Shown here: positions 48,394 through 56,950 of the stretch, piece by piece
Layout of the letters: each line of letters opens with the position of its first letter
Numbering within the stretch: the stretch's first letter is position 1
DNA from: Lentimicrobiaceae bacterium
GTDB lineage: Bacteria; Bacteroidota; Bacteroidia; Bacteroidales; Lentimicrobiaceae
Assembly (NCBI GenBank): GCA_020636745.1
Contig: JACJXH010000006.1
Location: forward strand, 132,555 to 196,554
Direction of reading: 5' to 3'
Length of the DNA stretch: 64,000 bases
Notes under the pieces: generated by a model
Databases searched by the model: none
Told to the model about the DNA's origin: nothing
Seen by the model: only the letters and a program-made list of their open reading frames with translations
Program-made: the position numbers and the translations under genes

Positions 48394-50601
48394 ATGAACC
48401 AGATTTATCTTGACTATAATGCGACGACTCCCATTGCACCTGAAGTAGCCGCTGAAATGCGCCCATTTATTGATGAGTTTTTTGGAAATCCATCCAGCAG
48501 TCATCTTTTTGGAATAAAAACCCGCGGCGCGGTTGAAAAGGCCCGGTCAAGGGTTGCAGCTCTTTTAAATTGCCGGCCGCAGGAAATAGTGTTTACCAGT
48601 GGGGGTACTGAATCGAATAATATGGCAATTAAAGGTGCTGCTTTTGCAATGCGTGCTCATGGGAATCACATTGTCATTTCTGCTGTTGAGCATCCGGCCG
48701 TCACCGAAGTTACCCGGTTTCTCGAAAATCATGGATTTGAGATTTCTATTGTACCGGTTGACCCTATGGGTATGGTTGACCCGGATGATGTGAAAAAAAT
48801 GCTGCGTCCTGAAACAATTCTAATTTCGGTTATGCATGCCAATAATGAAGTTGGTACAATTCAACCCATTGCTGAAATTGCGGATATTGCCCGTAGGCAT
48901 GGAGCTTTGATGCATACCGATGCGGCGCAATCATTGGGTAAAATTCCGGTTGATGTTAAAGCACTGGATGTTGATTTGCTTTCGGTTGCCGGACACAAAC
49001 TATATGCTCCTAAAGGGATTGGGGTTTTATTTATCCGTCATGGGGTAAAAATTGAAAAGCTGATGCATGGGGCTGACCATGAACAGAATTTGAGGGCAGG
49101 AACCGAGAATGTTCTCGAAATTGTTGGACTGGGCAAGGCTTGCGAAATTGCAGGCCGCGACTTGGAAAACAATCTGATTCATCTGGCAAAAATGAAAAAC
49201 AGACTGTACAGGGGGTTGACAGAAAAACTGGGAGAGCTTCATGTAAATGGTCATCCTGACCGTTGTTTGCCCAATACACTGAGCATTGGGTTTAAGAATC
49301 TGAATGCTGTAATGCTCCTACAGGCAATGGAGGGCGTGGCTGCTTCGGCTGGAGCTGCATGTCATACAGGAACAACCGGCGATTCATCTGTTTTAGGGGC
49401 GATGAAAGTTTTACCTGAATTTTCGCAGGGAACTATAAGATTCTCAACAGGCCGTAATACAACCGAAGCTGAAATTGATGAGGCTGTAGAACAGATTGTG
49501 CGTGCTGTTCATTCCTTTGCACCTGAATCAGGTGCTCAGTCTTCTTTTTCAGAAAATAATGATACAGTCAGGTTAACTCAATTTACACACGGATTGGGTT
49601 GTGCCTGTAAAATGAGGCCTGCCGATCTGGAAAAAGTACTTGCCAATATGCCTGCTGTTCATGATCCCAGGGTTATGGTTGGCGCTGATAAGCGCGATGA
49701 TGCTGCGGTTTACCGTTTAACAGATGACCTGGCACTGGTTCAGACAGTTGACTTCTTTACACCTGTTGTTGACGACCCATATACTTTTGGGGCCATTGCT
49801 GCCGCCAATTCGCTCAGCGATATTTATGCAATGGGGGCTAAGCCTGTTTTTGCGCTCAATATAGCCGCTTTCCCTGTAAACCGTCTGCCATTGAATGTGT
49901 TGGAGGCTATTCTGAAAGGTGCATCAGATAAAGCATCCGAAGCTGGTATCTCAATCCTTGGAGGACATTCTATTGAAGATACAGAGCCGAAATTTGGCAT
50001 GGTAGTCAGTGGATTGGTTCATCCTGATAAAGTGCTGTCAAATGATGGTGCCCGGCCTGGTGATTTATTGATTCTGACGAAACCTATCGGAACTGGCATT
50101 ATTGCTACTGCAGCCAAGCAGGGCATTGCTGAGCCGTCGAGCATTTCATTGGCTATCAAAAATATGGCTTCACTGAATAAGACAGCAGCCGAGCTTATGC
50201 TCAAACGAAAGGTAAATGCTTGTACTGATGTAACCGGATTTGGACTTTTAGGGCATTTGCATGAGCTTACAGCCGGATCGGGCGTCAATGCCGAAGTAAG
50301 GTTTAATGACATCCCGTTTATTGAAGGTGTTCAGCAATTGGCTGCAGCGGGTGCAATACCGGGAGGGACAATAGCAAACACAGATTTTGCAGCTGATTTT
50401 ACCGACTTTGGTGTGCTTTCTCAAACTGATAAATACCTGCTTTGCGATGCCCAGACTTCGGGGGGCTTGCTTATTGCGCTGCCTGCTGACGAGGCCGGAA
50501 TTCTTCTTGCCGACCTGATTGAGCATGAAATTATGGCTGCTATTATCGGAAAAGTTACCGGTTGGGGAGAAGGATCAATTCAGGTGGTTTTTAATTCATA
50601 A
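48394..50601 (+). CDS. selD: Fusion of NifS/IscS-type PLP cysteine desulfurase (selenocysteine-lyase-like) and Cys-form selenophosphate synthetase
   Basis: N-half: YLDYNATTP, FTSGGTESNN, HTDAAQS, AGHKLYAPKG (K202) and SAGAACH (C323). C-half: THGLGCACK (C403/C405/K406), DDAAV, QTVDFFTP, ANSLSDIYAMG, GGHS, TDVTGFGLLGH and DAQTSGGLL. Confidence 0.93.
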   Translation: MNQIYLDYNATTPIAPEVAAEMRPFIDEFFGNPSSSHLFGIKTRGAVEKARSRVAALLNCRPQEIVFTSGGTESNNMAIKGAAFAMRAHGNHIVISAVEHPAVTEVTRFLENHGFEISIVPVDPMGMVDPDDVKKMLRPETILISVMHANNEVGTIQPIAEIADIARRHGALMHTDAAQSLGKIPVDVKALDVDLLSVAGHKLYAPKGIGVLFIRHGVKIEKLMHGADHEQNLRAGTENVLEIVGLGKACEIAGRDLENNLIHLAKMKNRLYRGLTEKLGELHVNGHPDRCLPNTLSIGFKNLNAVMLLQAMEGVAASAGAACHTGTTGDSSVLGAMKVLPEFSQGTIRFSTGRNTTEAEIDEAVEQIVRAVHSFAPESGAQSSFSENNDTVRLTQFTHGLGCACKMRPADLEKVLANMPAVHDPRVMVGADKRDDAAVYRLTDDLALVQTVDFFTPVVDDPYTFGAIAAANSLSDIYAMGAKPVFALNIAAFPVNRLPLNVLEAILKGASDKASEAGISILGGHSIEDTEPKFGMVVSGLVHPDKVLSNDGARPGDLLILTKPIGTGIIATAAKQGIAEPSSISLAIKNMASLNKTAAELMLKRKVNACTDVTGFGLLGHLHELTAGSGVNAEVRFNDIPFIEGVQQLAAAGAIPGGTIANTDFAADFTDFGVLSQTDKYLLCDAQTSGGLLIALPADEAGILLADLIEHEIMAAIIGKVTGWGEGSIQVVFNS

Positions 50602-50677
50602 AGGCAGATCCTGATTTTCGGCAACTTATTATCTTTAGTTTTAAGTTAACCTGGAATATTGTGTTTATTTGATAAAA

Positions 50678-50772
50678 TGTAAAACCGGCTGTAAGCTCAG
50701 GTTCCCCGAATATCTCTTATAGTTGAAATAGGGCACAAGTCAGGAACAATTCAAAGCTAACAGCCGGTTCGT
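50678..50772 (+). ncRNA. Probable 6S-like RNA (compact Bacteroidota / 6S-Flavo-type)
   Basis: Intergenic rod: AACCGGCTGTAAGCT (50683-97) pairs with AGCTAACAGCCGGTT (50755-69) with one mismatch; inner GTTCC/GGAAC stem, internal bubble, apical CTTAT/ATAGG stem. Family assignment is from recall only. Confidence 0.55.
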
Positions 50773-51069
50773 AAGGGAAGATTTACAAGTATTTTTAATA
50801 AACTTTGAAACAGAAGTTGTAGTTACTTATTTATGTCTGGTATGTAAAAAAGTAATGCGCCGGGTTTGAAAATAATTAAAAATAATTTACATTACGTTGA
50901 TTTATAGTAAAATATGTGTTTAATAAATTTACAATTAATAGGGTGGTGGTAAAATTACGGTGTGTTATCGGATAGTTCACATTTGAGTGTTATAATGCAG
51001 GGAAAATGGTTGTTGCTCTGATGGCGTCAGAGGGAGGGGGCATTCACGGAGAATGTTTGATTGTTTGTT

Positions 51070-51960
51070 TTAAACATCCCGCTTTGGTTCAGGTTTGTTT
51101 TTCCATCGCTTATGCGACCAAAGATAATAAGCCGGTTGCCGGCGAATGTCATTTTCAAGCAAAGCAGCATAAGTGCTGAGGATTTCCCGCTCGCTTTTTT
51201 GTTCCTGTGGTTCGGATATTGGAATAAACTGAGCTGTATAATAACCCCGCTTAACTTTTGTGATGGATAAATAGACCACAACTGAGCCTGTTGCCCGTGC
51301 CAATTTAGCGCCTCCGTTGAACAAAAGGCTGGGTTGATGAAGAAAGTGAAAGCAATAATCAGGGTCTTTATGATTGGGCGACTGGTCGCCAATAAAAATA
51401 TAAAGTGCCGGATAATCTTTTTTACTGAGAATAAACCGGCCGGCTTTGCCCATTGAAAGCAATTTCATGCCAAATTTGCCCCTGATTTTATTCATAAGTA
51501 TTTCGGTTATTTTATTGGAGAGGGGCTTGTATAAAGTGTAAATGCTAAATCCGAAATAAAGTGGCAGCATTATCCCCCATTCCCAATTACCATGATGACC
51601 CGCAAGAGCTATTACATTGAGTCCCCTTGAATGATAGTCATTGATCATTTCTGGATTTTCAACTTTGAATCGTTTTTTTGCTTCTTCTGATGTTAATCCC
51701 TGGCTTTTGATTACTTCAGTAAATACATCAAAAAAATGCACGTAAAATTGGTTGACCAGCTTTTTAATTTCTTTGTAGTTTCTTTCGGGAAATGAACGGG
51801 CTAGGTTTTGAACAATAACGTCGGAGCGGTAATGAAATATTCGGGAAGCGCAAAATCGTAAGAAGGAAGCCTTAAAGTACAGAAGTTTTAATGGCAATTG
51901 TCCGGACAGCCTCGTTAATGTGAAAAGCAGAAAAGCAATTGATTTGTGTAAAAAATTCAT
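51070..51960 (-). CDS. Lipid A / lysophospholipid acyltransferase (LpxL/HtrB family)
   Basis: YRSDVIVQNL..SFPE, GH.GNWEW, YKPLSN, FIGDQSP and YYLWSHKRWK; start taken at MNFLHKS (51960). Confidence 0.9.
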   Translation of the reverse strand: MNFLHKSIAFLLFTLTRLSGQLPLKLLYFKASFLRFCASRIFHYRSDVIVQNLARSFPERNYKEIKKLVNQFYVHFFDVFTEVIKSQGLTSEEAKKRFKVENPEMINDYHSRGLNVIALAGHHGNWEWGIMLPLYFGFSIYTLYKPLSNKITEILMNKIRGKFGMKLLSMGKAGRFILSKKDYPALYIFIGDQSPNHKDPDYCFHFLHQPSLLFNGGAKLARATGSVVVYLSITKVKRGYYTAQFIPISEPQEQKSEREILSTYAALLENDIRRQPAYYLWSHKRWKNKPEPKRDV

Positions 51961-52200
51961 TATCCGATATTTATAATCTTTGTTCTGGTAGCCTTCTCTG
52001 GTCTTCAAAATTACAAAATTACTTAATGATAGTTTAAAAATGAGTGTGGACTTCTGGTTTTATTAACTTTCGCTTGCATATTTGGAAACTTCAGAAATCA
52101 AAACAGCCTTTAGCTTGTAATTCTGCTTGATTTCTCACCTTTAAAAAATTGACGGTAATTTCTAAGAAGAGTGAGGATGTTTTCTGAAATACTGTCCTTT

Positions 52201-53046
52201 TTATTTTTTAAATCGTTCTGTTTGTGATTTTAAGTGCCTGGCGCCGGGAACAAAAGTATATCCTATCATGGTTGTAAGGTCATTTCCTATCCTAAACCCG
52301 ATGTCAAGACTTCCATGGCCGATGCTCCAGCTTATACCTGTTAGCAAAAATGGATTAATCTTACTGGAAGTATTTCCTTCGGTGGTAGAAGTATTGTTGC
52401 TGATTTCAACTCCAAGGTTAGGGTTAATCCTAAGTTTTTTAACCGGAAAATAAATTTTACTACTCATGCCTATGCTTGAAATGCTTGTTGAGGCGGAGTT
52501 TTCAAGATACCCGTTTTTACTTATGGAGTAAGTCGCGGCCAAATCCCATCGGTTAAGAAGTAAAAAGAAACCGATGCGCGTGTTGAATGCTATGTTTATA
52601 TATTCCGAGGTGTTTAGCTGAAACAACCCTCCCAGATAAAAAAACCAGGGATGTTGATTTGTTCTTAAGGAATTTACAGATGGTATATTCTGCGGAATAA
52701 TACTGTTTAAATCCCATTTTTCGAGCAAAAGAGCATTGTTGTTTTCAAGGTTTCTTCCCCAGAGTTCATTTTTTTCTTCATATTGCACAACTATCAGAGA
52801 ATTTTGCCATGAATTGGTCAGAATGTTCATGATTGCATACTTGTCGCTTATTTCCAGTGTATTGTATTCTGGTGTTGCTACTATGGTCAGGGTGTTGTAT
52901 TTATCAAGGTCGGCCGATTTAAAGTAGGTTGAATATTTTTGCAAAACGGATTGATAAAATGACTGAAATGCGCCAGATGAATTCTGGGCCCATACAGGCT
53001 GCATACTTAGCTCAATAAAAATCAATACCAGTATTACTTTTTTCAT
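52201..53046 (-). CDS. Hypothetical secreted protein with C-terminal outer-membrane beta-barrel-like domain (operon gene 5)
   Basis: Signal peptide; alternating hydrophobic beta-strands; ATGA overlap with the upstream gene. Confidence 0.7.
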   Translation of the reverse strand: MKKVILVLIFIELSMQPVWAQNSSGAFQSFYQSVLQKYSTYFKSADLDKYNTLTIVATPEYNTLEISDKYAIMNILTNSWQNSLIVVQYEEKNELWGRNLENNNALLLEKWDLNSIIPQNIPSVNSLRTNQHPWFFYLGGLFQLNTSEYINIAFNTRIGFFLLLNRWDLAATYSISKNGYLENSASTSISSIGMSSKIYFPVKKLRINPNLGVEISNNTSTTEGNTSSKINPFLLTGISWSIGHGSLDIGFRIGNDLTTMIGYTFVPGARHLKSQTERFKK

Positions 53047-54491
53047 TTGTATTGTTTTCTTTTACCAAAATAGAAACTCCGGCCGATGGAAAAGCCAAAA
53101 GTGGATGGGTTATCTTTAGAAGCTGCAACATTTATATCCCAGAAAATGTCATAGCTTGCTGTTCTTTTGCGGTTCATAAAGCTGGGCCCTGCTGATATTT
53201 TGAAATATAGCGCTTTTATATCTTTCCCAAAACTTGCATTTACTCCTGAGCCATAAACCAACACTTTCCAACGATAATAAGCCGAAGCCCCAATGTTTAC
53301 TCTTGTTAAACTATTCGAATTTTGAAATCCTAAGTCGACAGCTACATTAGACGACTTGCCGATAAAGTATCCCATTCTTGTGTTGAAGCTTGCATATCCG
53401 GATGTAAACATTCCGCCTGCATATGCCAGCATTTGAAAATTATCAGATTCTGGGTTGTTTTTTTTATTTTGATTACTCTGATGAGGCTCTTTTTGTACAT
53501 TGATTTTACTATTTACCATGTCCAGCCTTTGTGAAAGAAATTTTTTCTTTTCATTTGCTTCCGGCGTATTTCCCGTTTTTAATAGAGCTTTTTCTATTGC
53601 TTGTGATGATTGTTTTAGCATCCCTGCTTTTTCAAGGGCTATACTGTAACCTAAGTATGGTAAATACTCTTCCGGAAAAAAACTGATAATTTCTTCAAAC
53701 TGAAGCATTGATTGTAAGTTCATGTTTCTGGCAACCAGTTTGTTGGCTGTCTTTAATTTGTTGATATAGTCGTTTTTTGTGAAGCTGGTGGTGGTATTTT
53801 TGGTTTTATAAGTTGAATTGAGTGAGGCTGCATTGGCAGATATCCATGCAGGGGCAAATGAATTATCCGTATTTCCACGGATTGCTTCTGAAAGTTGTTC
53901 GTGGCCAATTAAATTGAATAATTGAGCTGTAAAATACCGCACTTCCTGATTTTGTGCATTGTTTTGCCATAATTTGTCCAATTTCATAAAGGCTGCATCA
54001 ATAATTCCATTTATTCCAAGGGCATAGGCAAATTCCGAAGCGAGTGTAATGTTATTTGAGTCAATGGCGGCCAACTGGGCGTATGTTGAAACAGCACCTC
54101 TTATATCGCCCGAAAGCAACATCATACGCGCTTTGTTTATACTCATGGGCTCACGTGTAATAACACTGTTAACTGACGCTGATGTGGCAACGGCCTGCGG
54201 CTTATTATCTTCATTAAATGTTTCTTTTTCACCATTTTGATAGATTATCATCCTGATGCTATTACGTGGAATTGTGTAAACAGGACCTTTGGGGTTGCTA
54301 TATTTTCTGTATTCAATTTCCGATTCTGAAACTTTTGCTACGGTGGCTTCTATTATGGTATGATCCGTTTTGTAAATGTAGTCCTGGCCCGATAACAGTA
54401 ACGGCGAAATTATAAATGCAAATAGGCATAAAAGCGAAAGCCCGGTTTTCGGCACTATAAAGTTCGGAGGTGTAACTTGCCAGTCTTTCAT
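53043..54491 (-). CDS. Hypothetical protein: small N-terminal beta domain + TPR-like helices + C-terminal beta-barrel-like domain (operon gene 4)
   Basis: QDYIYKTD..I.A.V.KV.ESEI.Y.K N-terminal module; TPR-like FEEII..FP..YLPYLG..IALEKAG; terminal strand FGFSIGRSFYF. Confidence 0.7.
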   Translation of the reverse strand: MKDWQVTPPNFIVPKTGLSLLCLFAFIISPLLLSGQDYIYKTDHTIIEATVAKVSESEIEYRKYSNPKGPVYTIPRNSIRMIIYQNGEKETFNEDNKPQAVATSASVNSVITREPMSINKARMMLLSGDIRGAVSTYAQLAAIDSNNITLASEFAYALGINGIIDAAFMKLDKLWQNNAQNQEVRYFTAQLFNLIGHEQLSEAIRGNTDNSFAPAWISANAASLNSTYKTKNTTTSFTKNDYINKLKTANKLVARNMNLQSMLQFEEIISFFPEEYLPYLGYSIALEKAGMLKQSSQAIEKALLKTGNTPEANEKKKFLSQRLDMVNSKINVQKEPHQSNQNKKNNPESDNFQMLAYAGGMFTSGYASFNTRMGYFIGKSSNVAVDLGFQNSNSLTRVNIGASAYYRWKVLVYGSGVNASFGKDIKALYFKISAGPSFMNRKRTASYDIFWDINVAASKDNPSTFGFSIGRSFYFGKRKQYK

Positions 54492-54498
54492 TGGTTAT

Positions 54499-55839
54499 TC
54501 AGAGTTTGAGTTTTTCCTGATAACTATAACTGATATTGTTAATTACATCTGTATATCGTTCTTCGATGATCAATTGAACTTCGTTTCGCGATTGCTTAAA
54601 AAAATCGGCCAGTTCTTTGGCATCGCTTTCCATTTGGTTTGCCAATTGCTTTCTCTCTTTTTCTTTTGCCGATATTTGTTTTTTTAGAGAAGATATTTCG
54701 CTTTTGTAGAGTTTGCTGTCGCTTTTATAGGACTCAAGTTTCGCTTTTAAGGGCTCTGTCTGAAGGTTGATTTCTTTGTCCCGATTGCTTATGTATTCCA
54801 CTTTTTTATTCCATGTCGGTATCATTGCATTGATCTCCGAAAGAAGGTTAAAGTGCCATATTTCCAGTTCTGTTAATGGCAAAATGTAATCAGCAATATT
54901 TTGACTAAATTTAATGCCACTGAGCTTGATTTGGGTTGGTTTTGTCCCCTGCGATGGGTCTGTTTCAAATGATTTTATTTGCTGAGAAGTTAAATTGTAG
55001 GTGTTTTTTACCGCCGAAATTTCATTTTCTCTGATTTCCTGTAGCTTTTTTGTAATTGCTAAACCATCTTCAATTACCTGGGTTTTCACTTGTTTGTACC
55101 TGATTCGCAATTCATTTAATTGAAGTTTTAATGCATTTACTTCTGCTGAATAGCGTTTTGAATCTATATTTTTCTTTTCCCGCAATTCTTTTTCTTTTAA
55201 ATCGATTTGTTTCTCAATTTCATTGATTTTTGCAATGGAGAGTTTTATCTGTGTATCCCAGTTTTCAATGTATTTTGTTAGATCGTTTGATTCTTTTTCA
55301 ATAAAAGTTAGCAACTGCCCGATAGGCGCTACATAACTGAAAGCTGTAAAATCGAGGTTGTTCAAAGTTGAATTATGGTCAGTTATACTGGTGGGCGCAG
55401 CTTGAAATGATGGGTTTGGCTGAGGGGCAGTTTTTGCTGCAGAAGCGGTTTCTGTAACAGGTTGTATTGATACAGGTGGTGTTTCGGCAACGGGAGGAAT
55501 CTGAGTGTAGTTCTTCTCAACAGCTATTTCAGGATTTGATTTATTCTCATCTTTATTTCGTTCATTTTCCATGGCAATCGGTAATGGCAATTGTTTGCTC
55601 TGGGCTTCTTTCATTGCTTCAATTACCGGATCTGATACATTTTCCCTTAAACTCTTTAATTGTTTTTCGCTCAAGTCGAATTGCACGATTGAACTCTGGA
55701 TTACATCAATAATTAGTTCGTCGGCAAGCTGTGCTTTTGCCATGCGTAATATTGTACTATTAGTAAGAGTGTCGGAGCTTTGGGCATGCAGACTTAATGC
55801 AAAAAACAAACTGATAATCAACAATAGAGCTCTTCTCAT
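54499..55839 (-). CDS. Hypothetical secreted protein: LTN..I helical module + Pro/Thr-rich linker + duplicated long coiled coil (operon gene 3)
   Basis: Signal peptide; LTNSTILRMAKAQLADELII...; K/E-rich heptads with internal duplication DSKRYSAEVNALKLQL / DSKLYKSEISSLKKQI. Confidence 0.75.
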   Translation of the reverse strand: MRRALLLIISLFFALSLHAQSSDTLTNSTILRMAKAQLADELIIDVIQSSIVQFDLSEKQLKSLRENVSDPVIEAMKEAQSKQLPLPIAMENERNKDENKSNPEIAVEKNYTQIPPVAETPPVSIQPVTETASAAKTAPQPNPSFQAAPTSITDHNSTLNNLDFTAFSYVAPIGQLLTFIEKESNDLTKYIENWDTQIKLSIAKINEIEKQIDLKEKELREKKNIDSKRYSAEVNALKLQLNELRIRYKQVKTQVIEDGLAITKKLQEIRENEISAVKNTYNLTSQQIKSFETDPSQGTKPTQIKLSGIKFSQNIADYILPLTELEIWHFNLLSEINAMIPTWNKKVEYISNRDKEINLQTEPLKAKLESYKSDSKLYKSEISSLKKQISAKEKERKQLANQMESDAKELADFFKQSRNEVQLIIEERYTDVINNISYSYQEKLKL

Positions 55840-55861
55840 AGTATTATTGATTTTAAATGTA

Positions 55862-56938
55862 TTAAGGTGTGTCAGTTGAGCGGTTTTTCATTGCTTTCTT
55901 CATGGCCATTATGACTTCAGAGGAAACTTGTTGATTGGAAAGCTCAATCATGGCATCTACACTCAGGTTGAAATTTGGTTTTGAACGGTTAATTCTTTCA
56001 ATAATCTGATTGTCAGAAAGTCCGATGATTACTAATTCAATGATTGATTTATTGGTAAGTGTTTCCTGAAAAGAGGTTACTTCGGGTTTTATCGATTTGT
56101 CATTTTCTTGCGGGATAGTGAAGTCTGAACCTGAGATACGGATCATCTGTTTGGCTTCCGGATTATAAATGATCAATCCGTAAAAATAACTGAGAAAACC
56201 TCCTGTTTTATCAGTCAATACTGCCAGTTTGTTGTCTTTAATGGTACAAACCATTTGTTCAGAAGAGAAAAATATCCTGTTTTCTGTTGTGTCAACGGCA
56301 ATGGATTTAACATGAGTGCCTGATGGGAAAGAAGCTATTGCTGTTAGCTTTTTGTCCTTGGGATTGTACTGAAAAATGGCATTCTGATTGGAAAAAACAA
56401 TAGAATTGTTGCATTCAGCTACGGATAAAATGGGGTATGGCATTTCAAGTAATTTGGCATACTTTCCTTTGCCACCCAGAGCATAAATCGAATATTTGTT
56501 TTTGACATTATTTTTATCATAAATGTACATCGCCTGTCGCCCGCGGCTGATTCCCATTCCTTTGTCAGGCAATTTATACAATTGTGCCAGGTTGCCCGAT
56601 GCATCCATATAACACAGTTTGTCATCTGTGATAACCATTAATAGACTGTCAGGTGTAAAAGCAAATGAATTGATGGTGGTCTGGCCTTTGTTTCCGTAAG
56701 GAGCAAGCCCGCCCCATCCTAACTGGTAGAAGCAGTTAGTGGAAGAGATGAGAATTAAGTTTCTGGAAGTGAAATCAATAGAGTGGGTTAAGCCCTGATT
56801 CAAATTGATGTCTTTGAATAGCTGGCTGTTTAACAAAATTTCATAGCGGGTAGAATCGCTGCCAGAGGCAAGGGCAAAAGCTAAAGAAATATAAATGTAA
56901 AAGCAGAGGCTCAAAAATATTTTTACAAGCTTACCCAT
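55862..56938 (-). CDS. Hypothetical secreted beta-propeller-like protein with C-terminal LTN..I helical module (operon gene 2)
   Basis: Signal peptide; short beta-strand repeats (SFAFTPDS, SIAVDTTENRIFFSS); C-terminal LTNKSIIELVIIGLSDNQII...SEVIMAM. Confidence 0.7.
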   Translation of the reverse strand: MGKLVKIFLSLCFYIYISLAFALASGSDSTRYEILLNSQLFKDINLNQGLTHSIDFTSRNLILISSTNCFYQLGWGGLAPYGNKGQTTINSFAFTPDSLLMVITDDKLCYMDASGNLAQLYKLPDKGMGISRGRQAMYIYDKNNVKNKYSIYALGGKGKYAKLLEMPYPILSVAECNNSIVFSNQNAIFQYNPKDKKLTAIASFPSGTHVKSIAVDTTENRIFFSSEQMVCTIKDNKLAVLTDKTGGFLSYFYGLIIYNPEAKQMIRISGSDFTIPQENDKSIKPEVTSFQETLTNKSIIELVIIGLSDNQIIERINRSKPNFNLSVDAMIELSNQQVSSEVIMAMKKAMKNRSTDTP

Positions 56939-56950
56939 ATGACAGTTTGG

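Noticed and set aside
48394-50601. Selenocysteine (UGA) recoding in SelD or neighbouring redox genes
   Set aside because: The SelD active site is encoded by TGT codons (49600, 49606); tpx, msrA and mnmH also have Cys codons and uninterrupted frames.
51027-51392. 121-aa minus-strand ORF overlapping the acyltransferase 3' end in another frame
   Set aside because: Almost entirely nested in a conserved gene, with no recognisable features.
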